Source of the DNA: TPA_inf: Saccharomyces
Lineage: Eukaryota
Length of the DNA: 64,000 bases
NCBI GenBank assembly: GCA_000146045.2
Contig: BK006939.2
Span: 1 to 64,000, forward strand
Reading direction: 5' to 3'
Shown here: piece after piece, positions 21,537-34,406 of the stretch
How positions within the stretch are numbered: position 1 is the stretch's first letter
Layout: each line of letters starts with the position of its first letter
Notes under the pieces: model-generated
Database searches by the model: none
Seen by the model: the letters and a program-made list of their open reading frames with translations, nothing else
What the model was told of the DNA's origin: nothing
Translations under genes and position numbers: made by a program

Positions 21537-23231
21537 TCAATCAGAATTCTTTGAGAACTTCAAAAATTTCTTCCAATCCTTCTTCTCGGTCTTACTTTCT
21601 TCGGAAGAAATACCTCTCCTAGAAGGTGGGACCCAAGATGCAGATTTCCATGGTTTTATACCTTCTTCGTATAGTAATTGGATTTCCTCCAAAGATAGAC
21701 CAATCGTTTCTGGTAAAAAGAAGAAAACGTACAAAAACATAGCAACCAAACAACCTACGAACACATAACCATAATAGAAGTGGATAGACCCAGTAATGAA
21801 TGGTGTGAAAAAACCGATCAAAAATTGCCATAACCAGTTGCATGCAGTTGAAATCGACATGGCTCTAGACTTGACCTTCGAAGGGAACGACTCGGCAACC
21901 ACAATATAAGCAACAGGAGCCCATGTCGTTGCAAAGCAGAATATATAGAAACAAGTGAACACAATCATGGCATTACCTGCACCTTTCGAAGAAGGACCGT
22001 CCTGGCCATGAGGGTAAAGACATTTCACCCCGATACTTGCAAATATGACCATACAAGCCATCATCCCAGCTGCACCAAATAACAGACATTTACGACGGCC
22101 AATTTTGTCTACGACCATAACAGCAATAATAGTGGAGAAGAAGTTCACTGTACCTAGGACGATCGACGTCTCAAACCCATCAGTAAGACCGACTGATTTA
22201 AAAATGGTAGTTCCGTAGAAGAAGAAGTAGTTTTCACCAGTAAGTTGCAAAAAGGTTTGCACAAGAATACCTGTGATCAAACGTTGAAGGACTTTAGTTT
22301 TTACAGAGAAAAGTTCTTTCCATGAAGCTTCTCCTAGTTCCCTTTGGGCAAGGACACCGGCGTTGATTTCATCAGCCTGTTTGAGTACCCATGGATCCTC
22401 TGGTGAAACCTTGTTGATTTTGGCAATGGAAGCACGGGCCTCTTCGTGTCTCTCACATTCAATCAGATATCTTGGGGACTCTGGAACCAATAACATACCA
22501 ATGATGATAATCAAAGCCCATAAAAAGCAAAGCCCAAGGGGGACTCTCCATTGTGCAGTGTTATCGTATTTTCTCGTACCATAAACGCTACAATAACCCA
22601 AGAAAATACCGAACGTCATGTTCAGTTGGTACAATGAGACCAGTCCACCTCTCAAATCTGTGGGGGCTATTTCAGACAAAAGCATTGGACACAACACCGA
22701 ACAGCCACCAGCACCAAGACCGTAGATGATCTTACCGACAAAGTACTGGTACCATTTGTGATTTGAACTGATCTGAATAATTGCACCAACCATATATACC
22801 AACACCACGATCACAATTGCCAGCCTTCTACCTAAAGTATCAGCAAGACGGGCAAAAATAAGGCCACCTATGGCACATCCAATACTGAACATAGCCACAA
22901 GAAGACCCATACGCACGTTGCTCAAATAATATTCACCAGTGCTATGCTTGTAAGAACCGAAGTTCATTTTAAAGTTGTCCATGTTAATGAAACCTGCTGT
23001 GATACCACTATCCCAACCAGGCAGGAAACCCCCAAAGGATATTGGATAACACAGTAAGTAAATGACAAGATAACCTATGAGCCCTCTTTTTGGTGGCTCA
23101 ACGTTATCCCCGTTTATGACTTCGTTGTCATCAAATCCATCTGACCACTCTTTTTCCACGGGTGGTGCGACATGAATATCAGCATCTCGAACATCTCCAT
23201 CGCTATCAATAGAGGATTGCGCACTAGACAT
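21537..23231 (-). CDS. HXT13: Hexose/polyol transporter of the MFS sugar-porter family (564 aa).
   Basis: A 12-TM sugar-porter sequence with PESPR and PETKG-like motifs, in subtelomeric context next to DSF1. Confidence 0.9.
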   Translation of the reverse strand: MSSAQSSIDSDGDVRDADIHVAPPVEKEWSDGFDDNEVINGDNVEPPKRGLIGYLVIYLLCYPISFGGFLPGWDSGITAGFINMDNFKMNFGSYKHSTGEYYLSNVRMGLLVAMFSIGCAIGGLIFARLADTLGRRLAIVIVVLVYMVGAIIQISSNHKWYQYFVGKIIYGLGAGGCSVLCPMLLSEIAPTDLRGGLVSLYQLNMTFGIFLGYCSVYGTRKYDNTAQWRVPLGLCFLWALIIIIGMLLVPESPRYLIECERHEEARASIAKINKVSPEDPWVLKQADEINAGVLAQRELGEASWKELFSVKTKVLQRLITGILVQTFLQLTGENYFFFYGTTIFKSVGLTDGFETSIVLGTVNFFSTIIAVMVVDKIGRRKCLLFGAAGMMACMVIFASIGVKCLYPHGQDGPSSKGAGNAMIVFTCFYIFCFATTWAPVAYIVVAESFPSKVKSRAMSISTACNWLWQFLIGFFTPFITGSIHFYYGYVFVGCLVAMFLYVFFFLPETIGLSLEEIQLLYEEGIKPWKSASWVPPSRRGISSEESKTEKKDWKKFLKFSKNSD

Positions 23232-25645
23232 TTTTTTTTTTTGGTTTAACTTTTGTTTCTTTTTTCTTTTTTTGATTGTTATGCCTTACGTGCAAAGTAG
23301 GAATAGAAATTTTACCTCAAACAACTCTGTTTCATCTGCCTCTTTTATATGACTTTTTAGTTGCAATTACTTGCTGGAAGATACGACCTCACACCCTTGA
23401 ACGATAAATTTCGACAAACACTATGTTCATTTGCGCATATATCCAGGGGAATCAACCCTAGAGAGTACTGTCTTTTCATTGGGTTCTGAATATCCGTAAA
23501 CCAGGAGTTAAAGGATATTATTATCTAATATTATCCTCGAATATCTACGTCATGCCGGGCTAGGGCGGATTCAACCTCACCATCTTGCCTACCTACAACC
23601 CACCGCACAAGAAAGCATCCCACGCCGCGTGGTGCCTTTGTTCCTTGGTTCCTGAACTGATGATTATACTTTCCCCACGCACATGAAACGCATACCCCAC
23701 CCCCACATTTCTCATTTAATATTTTTTAGTTTTAACTCCGGTGCGCGCCCCTTGAAGTTAAATTAAACTAACTGTCTGCATAGTTCAATAAACGATGTCG
23801 ACAACGATTAGGTGATTGGCTAGCCATCGCAACAAGCAGACATCAACTGAAACTCTAAAATGTAGTCCTACAGACAAAAAAAAATTGTTGTTTTCAGGCT
23901 TATGTTCAAGGAAAGGAACACGACAAATGATTGTCAATAGTATGTTTCTCTGAAGGCACAGGTTACTTTTTATTGAATGTATTTCAAACTGCCTTTAGTA
24001 AGGAAGGTGCTTTTGCAACACTTTGCCCCTTCGTTGTGAAGCATTTGGCAGTACAGCGATAAATCCTAGACATTATTAAATTGGTAAAAGGGTGCCATAG
24101 AAGGACACGACAACCAGAGCTCGTACCATTACTATTTTGTTCCATTCTAAAATTATAGAATTCGCGTTAAAATGTCCGGGTTTCTCAGCACTTCAGATTA
24201 TAGACATTTTGTGAAATAGCAAATTGCAGCACGATCGGTGATTAGCAATAACGGTGTCCGAGTCCTTTCCCTCTCATGTTTTTTTTTCAACTACAGTAAT
24301 TCTCAGCAGCTGCAGCCTTGAAAACTATAGGTCAATGATAATATGTATTAATAACCAACTCTTGGCGCTTACAAAATTGATTTATTTAGTCAATTGACCC
24401 ACATGGAAGGGTAAAACCGCATACAAAAATTTCTCTTACAAAGGATCTTATGAACATATCAAATCAATTATAGAAGCCGGAAAGACTGTCATCCTATATA
24501 GGGTGGCAATGTTATTATCAGGAAGGGTAAATCTCATTTCTAAATTGCGGAAGGAGCTTTGCTCTGGTTGAAATTATTATCATTATCGCTACTTCAGCGA
24601 TTTCAATTTTGCTTACTAGATACCAGCGTCAAGGTCCTATCTTTTGTTGTGTTGCTGCCTCAAACATGTCAGTTTAAGTTTGAAGGTTGACACTGTAAAA
24701 TTTACTTTGTATATTGCATTTATGGATGATTTACAGTGTTTCAATTATGCTCTATTGAGGATAGTGCTTTTGCAGAATATTTCACTTGAGGCCACGCATA
24801 CTGGCCTAAGGCATTACATTTTGAAATAATCTTCGCATGGGGCTTGTCACAGTCATGAAAGGGGAAATAGCTTCTAGTATCTGGCATGATATGTCCTTAC
24901 AGAACTTGATCTTTCACAGCATAAGAATTATTACATCCTAATATAGATTTCCGACACTGCAGTGAGGCAGATGCCAATATTGAATCGAAGTTTTGATTAA
25001 GGTATGTGAGAGTGTGATTGTTTGACATCCCTCCAGTTGTTCGAAGATATCAACGGCGCAGGAAAGCCGCTGATAAAATGGTCGCTCCGTGGTTGAAATT
25101 GTAGTAAATAACCACTTTTTCTTACGTAGAACTTTATCCTTTTGGCTGTGGTTTGAAATTATTCGTTTTCTTCCCAAACGTTGCAGGGAAATAAGAAAAA
25201 AGAAGGAGAAATAATACCTGACAACGTAGCAGCGAGCCTTAGTTCATCTGCTCAGGTTGAAAAACATTGATCTTGAGCATTTTCATCTTGCGCTTTAAAT
25301 CTCTTGGAGTATAATTAAGAGCAAATTGTAACAGTATTATGACATTTGCAGGACTCACACCCAGAAGTCCTTTCCACCACTTCAGTACTGTAACTTGAAA
25401 AAAAAAGGGAGAGAATTGATCTAATTAAAATTATATAGTTATTCAAATTGGAAGTAAATAAATAAGGACTGCCGGCCCATTTTTCTTTTTTTTCTCTTAA
25501 CTGACCTGATATTTTTGAAACACTTAACGCCGTTTTCTTCAATTAAATCAGAAGTGCAATTAGTGGTGCTATGTTAACATATGTTTGAGAGCCTACTAAA
25601 TGTTAGAGTGGACAGTTCTTGCTTACAATGATTAAGAATTGATGG

Positions 25646-25978
25646 CTAGTAATGTGGGCGGTCGCATCTCGCTTGTCTAAGGATGGAGTTCCTAAATTCT
25701 TCACGATCGGGAACAGGTCCTTTGTCCCAACTTGCCAGTTTATCGTCAACGAGTTTATCAATCTCGTCGTAGTGGATAGTAATCCATGGATGATCTTCAT
25801 TACCGCAAGTAGTCCAATTCACTGGTGGTAGTTTTACGCTCCAAAATCTCTTATCATAATCCGCTATGCGGTAAAATGTCGATGTATTATGCGTAAAATT
25901 GTTATAATTGTCTGTTGTATCCGTACAGCATACCAATGCCAAGCCTTGAAAGGCGACGGCTAGTGCCAAAATTTTCAT
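25646..25978 (-). CDS. YEL068C: Small predicted secreted protein (110 aa) with an N-terminal signal peptide.
   Basis: The sequence starts MKILALAVAFQGLALVCC, a hydrophobic signal sequence, followed by Cys/Trp-containing sequence. It stands alone in a 2.4-kb intergenic region. Confidence 0.45.
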   Translation of the reverse strand: MKILALAVAFQGLALVCCTDTTDNYNNFTHNTSTFYRIADYDKRFWSVKLPPVNWTTCGNEDHPWITIHYDEIDKLVDDKLASWDKGPVPDREEFRNSILRQARCDRPHY

Positions 25979-26666
25979 CCTTTCAGTATACCTGATTTTG
26001 GCTTTATCCTTTCAATGTGCCTGATTTTGGCTTTCTCGTATCTTTCGCCTGATAATATGAAAAAGTATATACTGTGAAAAAACAACCGTTGGAGAGCTAC
26101 GACCGACTGAAAAGATAAAAATGCTTGAGTTTTTCAGGTTAGCATGCCGTCTAGTAGAATTAAACCATTGTAGTTCTTCACTTTTGTATTAAACGTAGGA
26201 TTGAGGCGGTGGCTGCTTTTGGTTTACTATGCGTTGTAAGGGGATGGGGAAATGGAACGTCCAGAAGAAAGTTATAGTTCCCGTTTGCATAACAGCAGAG
26301 ACAAAAATGGTCGAGCACTTCCGTGTTGACTGTATATCTGTGCATGGTTGACTAATTGTTGTTTGATGGCCTGAAGTTCTTGTCACACTCTGCAAATTAT
26401 CCCGACATTCAGACGTACACGTACAAAACACGAATGCTACTCTAGCATATCCAATCGATCGCACTGAAGCGATCAGCTGATGATCAGGCGGTACATTGCA
26501 TACTCTGCGTAAGGCCTTTTTCACCAATTGACCGCATCGTATATTTCCCAATCCGGTTATTAAATCGTTATCAGGCGGAAACCTTCGCGAACAGTATACT
26601 GGAGAGTGTTGCGACAAGATATTTAAAAGCGGAAAACGGGCATATAAAATAGATGAGTGCAGACTA

Positions 26667-27206
26667 ATGAAAAAGACCCCAGACCCATCTCCACCTTTTG
26701 CAAGCACGAAGAACGTAGGCATGTCAAACGAAGAACCGGAAAAAATGGTTAACGATCGAATTGTGGTGAAGGCCATCGAGCCAAAAGATGAGGAAGCCTG
26801 GAACAAACTGTGGAAGGAGTATCAGGGTTTCCAAAAAACGGTTATGCCTCCGGAAGTAGCCACCACTACCTTCGCAAGGTTTATAGACCCTACGGTCAAA
26901 CTATGGGGTGCTCTAGCCTTTGACACCGAGACCGGCGATGCAATTGGCTTTGCACACTACCTGAACCATTTGACGTCGTGGCATGTCGAAGAAGTTGTCT
27001 ACATGAATGACTTATATGTCACTGAACGCGCAAGAGTCAAAGGCGTAGGTAGAAAGCTCATAGAATTTGTATACAGCCGTGCCGATGAGCTCGGTACGCC
27101 TGCAGTGTACTGGGTTACAGACCATTACAATCACCGCGCACAGTTGCTGTACACCAAAGTGGCTTACAAGACAGATAAGGTTCTTTACAAGAGAAACGGA
27201 TACTGA
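26667..27206 (+). CDS. HPA3: GNAT-family D-amino-acid / histone N-acetyltransferase (179 aa as drawn). The true start may be the internal Met at 26721.
   Basis: The protein has a GNAT fold ([14 protein letters not shown]...). Its paralogue HPA2 begins MSN..., aligning with HPA3 Met19 (MSNEEP). The first 18 codons overlap the antisense ORF 26189..26806. Confidence 0.8.
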
Positions 27207-27468
27207 AACCGCTGTGTAATGTAGACTACTGTGTATAGAGATAACTCTAGCTTCTATAGGCTCACTTGCGAAGCTTTTTTCCCACTTTTTCCCAGTGAAA
27301 TAGTTTCTTATTGGCTTTTCATAGTTTGTTCTCCGATTTAATCGCAAGCGCCGTACGGCGCAGGCACAGAATGACTTGCAGCTTAATCCAGGTGCATTTT
27401 AAGAAACTTATCTGCTGGGAAGACCCCGAAGTTCATCGTTTACAATGTGCCGTAAAGAACACATTTGA

Positions 27469-27475
27469 GGGTGCA
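27469..27475. promoter_or_regulatory. Aft1/Aft2 iron-responsive element (GGGTGCA, which is TGCACCC on the other strand), about 185 bp upstream of SIT1.
   Basis: The motif matches the PyPuCACCC core. SIT1/ARN3 is a classic Aft1 regulon member. Confidence 0.5.
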
Positions 27476-27656
27476 ATCTGGTTCGTCTTTTGCCATAATT
27501 AGTAGTGCTCATCCGTGATCCTTTAATTTACTTTTGTGATGCGATGATTTGCAGATACTATATAAGCAATGGACACCGTCCATCACCGATGAGGCTAGAA
27601 CATCGTAGTGCTTTGTAAAAGAACTGTTAAAGACCCAGTACGAAAATTTTTCCATA

Positions 27657-29543
27657 ATGGACCCTGGTATTGCTAATCATACCCTCCCCGAGGAATTTGA
27701 AGAGGTTGTCGTTCCCGAGATGCTGGAAAAGGAAGTAGGAGCCAAGGTCGATGTCAAGCCAACGCTAACCACATCTTCTCCAGCACCTTCTTACATTGAA
27801 TTGATAGATCCAGGTGTGCATAACATCGAGATTTACGCAGAAATGTACAACCGCCCGATCTACCGTGTCGCATTATTCTTCTCACTTTTCCTCATTGCCT
27901 ATGCTTACGGATTAGATGGTAATATCCGTTACACTTTCCAGGCGTACGCGACTTCGTCGTACTCCCAGCACTCGCTGCTATCGACCGTCAACTGTATTAA
28001 GACGGTTATTGCGGCTGTAGGCCAGATCTTCTTTGCCAGATTATCAGATATCTTCGGCAGATTTTCCATTATGATTGTCAGTATCATTTTTTATAGCATG
28101 GGGACCATCATTGAGTCGCAAGCGGTGAATATTACAAGATTTGCAGTTGGTGGTTGTTTTTACCAATTGGGTCTTACCGGTATTATTCTAATTTTGGAAG
28201 TTATTGCTTCTGACTTTTCCAACTTGAACTGGAGGTTGTTAGCCTTATTCATTCCAGCTTTACCATTTATCATCAACACCTGGATTAGCGGGAACGTAAC
28301 AAGTGCCATAGATGCTAATTGGAAATGGGGTATTGGTATGTGGGCTTTTATACTGCCGCTAGCTTGTATTCCGCTTGGAATTTGTATGTTGCACATGAGG
28401 TATTTAGCAAGAAAGCATGCTAAAGATAGATTGAAGCCCGAGTTCGAAGCGCTAAACAAATTGAAGTGGAAGTCCTTTTGTATAGACATCGCATTTTGGA
28501 AATTGGATATCATTGGAATGTTATTAATTACTGTATTTTTCGGGTGTGTATTGGTTCCATTCACCTTAGCGGGTGGTTTGAAAGAGGAATGGAAAACTGC
28601 GCATATTATTGTCCCTGAAGTCATTGGTTGGGTTGTAGTGTTACCACTGTACATGCTATGGGAAATAAAGTACTCGAGACATCCATTGACACCTTGGGAC
28701 TTGATTCAAGATAGAGGTATCTTTTTCGCTCTACTCATCGCATTCTTTATCAATTTTAACTGGTATATGCAAGGTGATTACATGTATACTGTACTAGTCG
28801 TTGCAGTTCATGAATCCATAAAGTCCGCTACAAGAATTACCTCCTTGTATTCATTTGTTTCTGTTATCGTTGGTACAATCCTCGGGTTCATACTGATTAA
28901 AGTTAGAAGGACTAAGCCTTTTATTATATTTGGCATTTCTTGTTGGATCGTCTCATTTGGTTTGCTGGTCCATTACCGTGGTGACTCCGGTGCTCATTCC
29001 GGTATCATTGGCTCTTTGTGTCTATTAGGTTTCGGTGCAGGTTCATTTACCTATGTGACTCAAGCTTCCATCCAAGCATCCGCTAAAACTCATGCAAGAA
29101 TGGCGGTAGTAACCTCATTATACCTTGCCACTTATAATATTGGTTCTGCATTTGGTAGTTCTGTTAGCGGAGCTGTCTGGACTAATATCCTACCCAAAGA
29201 AATTTCAAAAAGAATTTCCGATCCAACCTTAGCTGCACAAGCGTACGGTTCTCCATTTACATTCATTACAACTTATACCTGGGGAACACCAGAAAGAATA
29301 GCTTTAGTCATGTCTTACCGCTATGTTCAAAAGATTTTATGTATCATAGGTTTGGTATTCTGCTTTCCTTTGTTAGGTTGCGCATTCATGTTGAGAAATC
29401 ATAAACTAACAGATTCTATTGCTCTTGAAGGCAATGATCATTTGGAAAGTAAAAACACCTTTGAAATTGAGGAAAAGGAAGAAAGTTTTTTGAAAAATAA
29501 ATTCTTTACGCACTTTACAAGCAGTAAAGATAGGAAAGATTAA
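27657..29543 (+). CDS. SIT1: Siderophore (ferrioxamine) iron transporter of the ARN family (MFS), 628 aa.
   Basis: A 14-TM MFS protein matching SIT1/ARN3. Confidence 0.9.
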   Translation: MDPGIANHTLPEEFEEVVVPEMLEKEVGAKVDVKPTLTTSSPAPSYIELIDPGVHNIEIYAEMYNRPIYRVALFFSLFLIAYAYGLDGNIRYTFQAYATSSYSQHSLLSTVNCIKTVIAAVGQIFFARLSDIFGRFSIMIVSIIFYSMGTIIESQAVNITRFAVGGCFYQLGLTGIILILEVIASDFSNLNWRLLALFIPALPFIINTWISGNVTSAIDANWKWGIGMWAFILPLACIPLGICMLHMRYLARKHAKDRLKPEFEALNKLKWKSFCIDIAFWKLDIIGMLLITVFFGCVLVPFTLAGGLKEEWKTAHIIVPEVIGWVVVLPLYMLWEIKYSRHPLTPWDLIQDRGIFFALLIAFFINFNWYMQGDYMYTVLVVAVHESIKSATRITSLYSFVSVIVGTILGFILIKVRRTKPFIIFGISCWIVSFGLLVHYRGDSGAHSGIIGSLCLLGFGAGSFTYVTQASIQASAKTHARMAVVTSLYLATYNIGSAFGSSVSGAVWTNILPKEISKRISDPTLAAQAYGSPFTFITTYTWGTPERIALVMSYRYVQKILCIIGLVFCFPLLGCAFMLRNHKLTDSIALEGNDHLESKNTFEIEEKEESFLKNKFFTHFTSSKDRKD

Positions 29544-29796
29544 TATTATCTCACCCAAATAATTTCATACATGCACATATAGCTACTACATAGTCAAGAA
29601 CATATCATAACATTTGGTATAACAGTCTTTATATCAGTCTTTGCATGGCTTTGCATCTGATGCTGGCTCTACCGACTTCTCGGCGATAAAATACCAAAAG
29701 AATTTGACGTATATACTATCCAAAGTGGATAAATATTTGAGTTCCAATGAGGTAACTAAACTAGTTTTTTAAAACCCAGCAGAAAGAAAAAATACC

Positions 29797-31239
29797 CTAT
29801 ATTTGGCAGTGCTGTCCATCAGAACCATTAACTGCATCAATAATAGTTTGGGTGCTGCTGATTATCATAATCATGAAACCAAAGCATATACAAAGATAGA
29901 AAGGAAGCCTTTCCTTCCAACTCTTCTTCTTACTAGTTAACAACAAATTTGTGTATGGCGGCAAAATGTAAGCCATAGTCGATGCCGTAGTGGCCCCAAT
30001 CAGTTCAAATAATGCTCCTAAATTACATGTAGTTAATGATATACCCATGGTGATGAAGACTAGTGAAGAAGTTATAACGACGTGCTGTTTACCTGATAAT
30101 TGAGTGTGTTCGTCATAATTTTTAATAAGGTTGCATTCATGTAACAAGTTACCGACAACATCTCTCAAAACAAAAATTTCCATGGGGAATGTGGTTAGCA
30201 TGTTAAATCCGAAACAGAGTCTGGCTATGTTGATAGCAGTGTCTGTTCCTGGGAAACTGTTTAAAACATTGCCTTTTGTTTTTTCTTTGAAAACTGCAAA
30301 TCCCGAATATCCCATTAGTGCACAGCATATTACTGAGATAATGATACTGATATGCGTTAACCTGGTAAATTTTGCCACACTTCTATTCCTCATGGAAAAG
30401 AAAATAAAACTAGTATTATGATGACAAACCAACGCAAAGGAAATGACAGAGAGACTTCTGAATATAGTAGCTTTCATGAAAAAATCAGATAACTTCAGAG
30501 AATGACCTTTCCAATCATAGGGCAGCATAGGTCCTCTAATTACCACTGTCAGTACAATTATAATCATACTTATAACGGCCAAGAAAGATGCCTTTGATAG
30601 TGCCTCTATGTTTCTCTTCATTGATAACGGAAAGGAAATGAAAGTAGTGACCATTACAATTATGACATTTCGCCTGAGCCAAAAATGTACATTACCATCG
30701 TTCTGGCTGAATATAGCTCTGAGTACGTGGGGTATCGTATCCCCAATAATTATGCAATAACCAATACATCCACCAAATGCAAATAACCCGTTTGTAAATA
30801 GAATCAGCAATTTCCCTTTTTTACCCATTACATGTTCGACCGTACCCTGGTATGTTCTCTTGCCAGCAAGAGTCAAGTTAATGACAATAAGTCTTAACGT
30901 CCAATCAACTATAAATCCGAGGGCTACGTATGATAATAGCCCGCCTAATATACCAGCATTTTTGATCGCGAACGGCTGAGTAATTATTCCGGCACCAAGA
31001 ATAGAGTTTGCTAGATTCATAAAAGCCATTCTCATACTAGACTTTTTATCGTTTTCTCGAAGTACATCATTAACCAGAGTATCATCCATGTCAGGAGTAA
31101 TGATATTCAAAGAGTTCTGCCCTTGGCTTCCGTCATCGGAGTCGTTATCAGTTGTGCCTGGAAAAGGAAAATTTGTCAATTCAAACTCCGTTCTAAGCTC
31201 TTTGTTTTCTAATTTAGAATACTCACCTAACTCAGACAT
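29797..31239 (-). CDS. AVT2: Vacuolar/ER amino-acid transporter of the AVT family (480 aa).
   Basis: The protein has an Aa_trans domain with multiple TM segments, and its size matches AVT2. Confidence 0.85.
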   Translation of the reverse strand: MSELGEYSKLENKELRTEFELTNFPFPGTTDNDSDDGSQGQNSLNIITPDMDDTLVNDVLRENDKKSSMRMAFMNLANSILGAGIITQPFAIKNAGILGGLLSYVALGFIVDWTLRLIVINLTLAGKRTYQGTVEHVMGKKGKLLILFTNGLFAFGGCIGYCIIIGDTIPHVLRAIFSQNDGNVHFWLRRNVIIVMVTTFISFPLSMKRNIEALSKASFLAVISMIIIVLTVVIRGPMLPYDWKGHSLKLSDFFMKATIFRSLSVISFALVCHHNTSFIFFSMRNRSVAKFTRLTHISIIISVICCALMGYSGFAVFKEKTKGNVLNSFPGTDTAINIARLCFGFNMLTTFPMEIFVLRDVVGNLLHECNLIKNYDEHTQLSGKQHVVITSSLVFITMGISLTTCNLGALFELIGATTASTMAYILPPYTNLLLTSKKKSWKERLPFYLCICFGFMIMIISSTQTIIDAVNGSDGQHCQI

Positions 31240-31461
31240 TATCGGAACATGTATATCTGTTAGATTCTGGTCGAGATATTCTTTAATGGTTTAGTGTATG
31301 TTGCGCTTACTACTTTTTGGCGTTTTTGCCTATTTCACTATTTACATATCGTGAAAATGACATTTGGTTCTAGGTTCGGGTGACGTGAAGATAACGAAAA
31401 ATGAGTAAAAATTATCTTCTAATTATACATTAGTATTAGCGTGAAAATGTACACATATACA

Positions 31462-31484
31462 TATATATATATATATATATATAC
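31462..31484. repeat. (TA)n dinucleotide microsatellite of about 12 units in the AVT2 promoter.
   Basis: The sequence is acatatacatatatatatatatatatatatatac. Confidence 0.8.
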
Positions 31485-31693
31485 TTGAAGGTCTGAAGGA
31501 GTTTCAAATGCTTCTACTCCGTCTGCTTTCTTTTCGGGAGCAAGATTGTTGTGGTGAATCATCGATAAAAATAAATATACTGAGATTATAGTAAGCTCAT
31601 TGATCCCTTAAACTTTCTTTTCGGTGTATGACTTATGAGGGTGAGAATGCGAAATGGCGTGGAAATGTGATCAAAGGTAATAAAACGTCATAT

Positions 31694-33565
<1,872 letters not shown>

Positions 33566-33710
33566 CTATAAGTATAATAGTAACTTATATATTTCTGTTC
33601 CAGATATATACGTAAAAAAAAGAAAAGGATAATTGATGTTTTTGCAAAAAGGGATTCCCTGATTCGGTTTACTCTGTTCGCAACCACTCTTCTTTCTGCT
33701 AATTTGTGCT

Positions 33711-33753
33711 TTATCTCGTATCATTCTCTTATCTACTTATCTTAACCTTATCG
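33711..33753 (-). promoter_or_regulatory. Cluster of four GATAA(G) motifs (Gln3/Gat1/Dal80-type NCR elements) about 250-290 bp upstream of CAN1.
   Basis: On the plus strand ttatct is at 33711 and cttatc is at 33729, 33738 and 33748; each reads GATAAG/AGATAA on the CAN1 strand. CAN1 is known to be under nitrogen catabolite control. Confidence 0.5.
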
Positions 33754-34406
33754 TCTTCCTCGAAATTTTCATTGATAGAGACAACTGCAAAAAAAGAAAT
33801 TCAAAAAAGCCGTATGACTCACCCGGAAACCACACAGAAACCCTAGATTTCTATAGGGCAAATTTCAGGGTTATACTAAAAGATATATTATTGACCTTGG
33901 TTATTCTTCAAGTTCGCCCTATTGAAAATTCGGACACTTTAGGGTTTGGAATCTGTTAAAGATATAAGTAAATATGATGATAAAGAAATAGGTTTAATTT
34001 ATACGCACTTGCCAGTAAGTGATTGATATTGCAGAAGTAACATGAATACGGTTCTGTGGCCTTTGCTGTTTGCCGTTATTTTATTTCTTTTTTTTGTTTT
34101 TTTTCTTTTTTTCAGCACTATCAAGGCTAATAAGGGACAAGAGTTCTTACTCAGTGTGAACGTGTTCTAAATAAGTTCTTGTTCTAATTAATTGTAACTA
34201 TTTTTATGCATTTCTTGTAAGAGGAACTGGAGTAATCGTATCTCGGAAATACATAGAGGTGCGTATTCATAATGGGCCCTCTATCACTTGTTGCCTGTAT
34301 CTCCGAATAGGACTGATAAGTGATAAAAAAAAAGAAAACTGGGTTAGCTTGAAGCGACTTTCTTTCTCTACTAAAGGGAATGGTCAGATCATCAGGCCAA
34401 CGGCAA

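Noticed and set aside
26189-26806. ORF 26189..26806 on the minus strand (205 aa; YEL067C-like).
   Set aside because: It overlaps the HPA3 5' end on the opposite strand, has low-complexity composition and no domain, and is most likely a dubious ORF.
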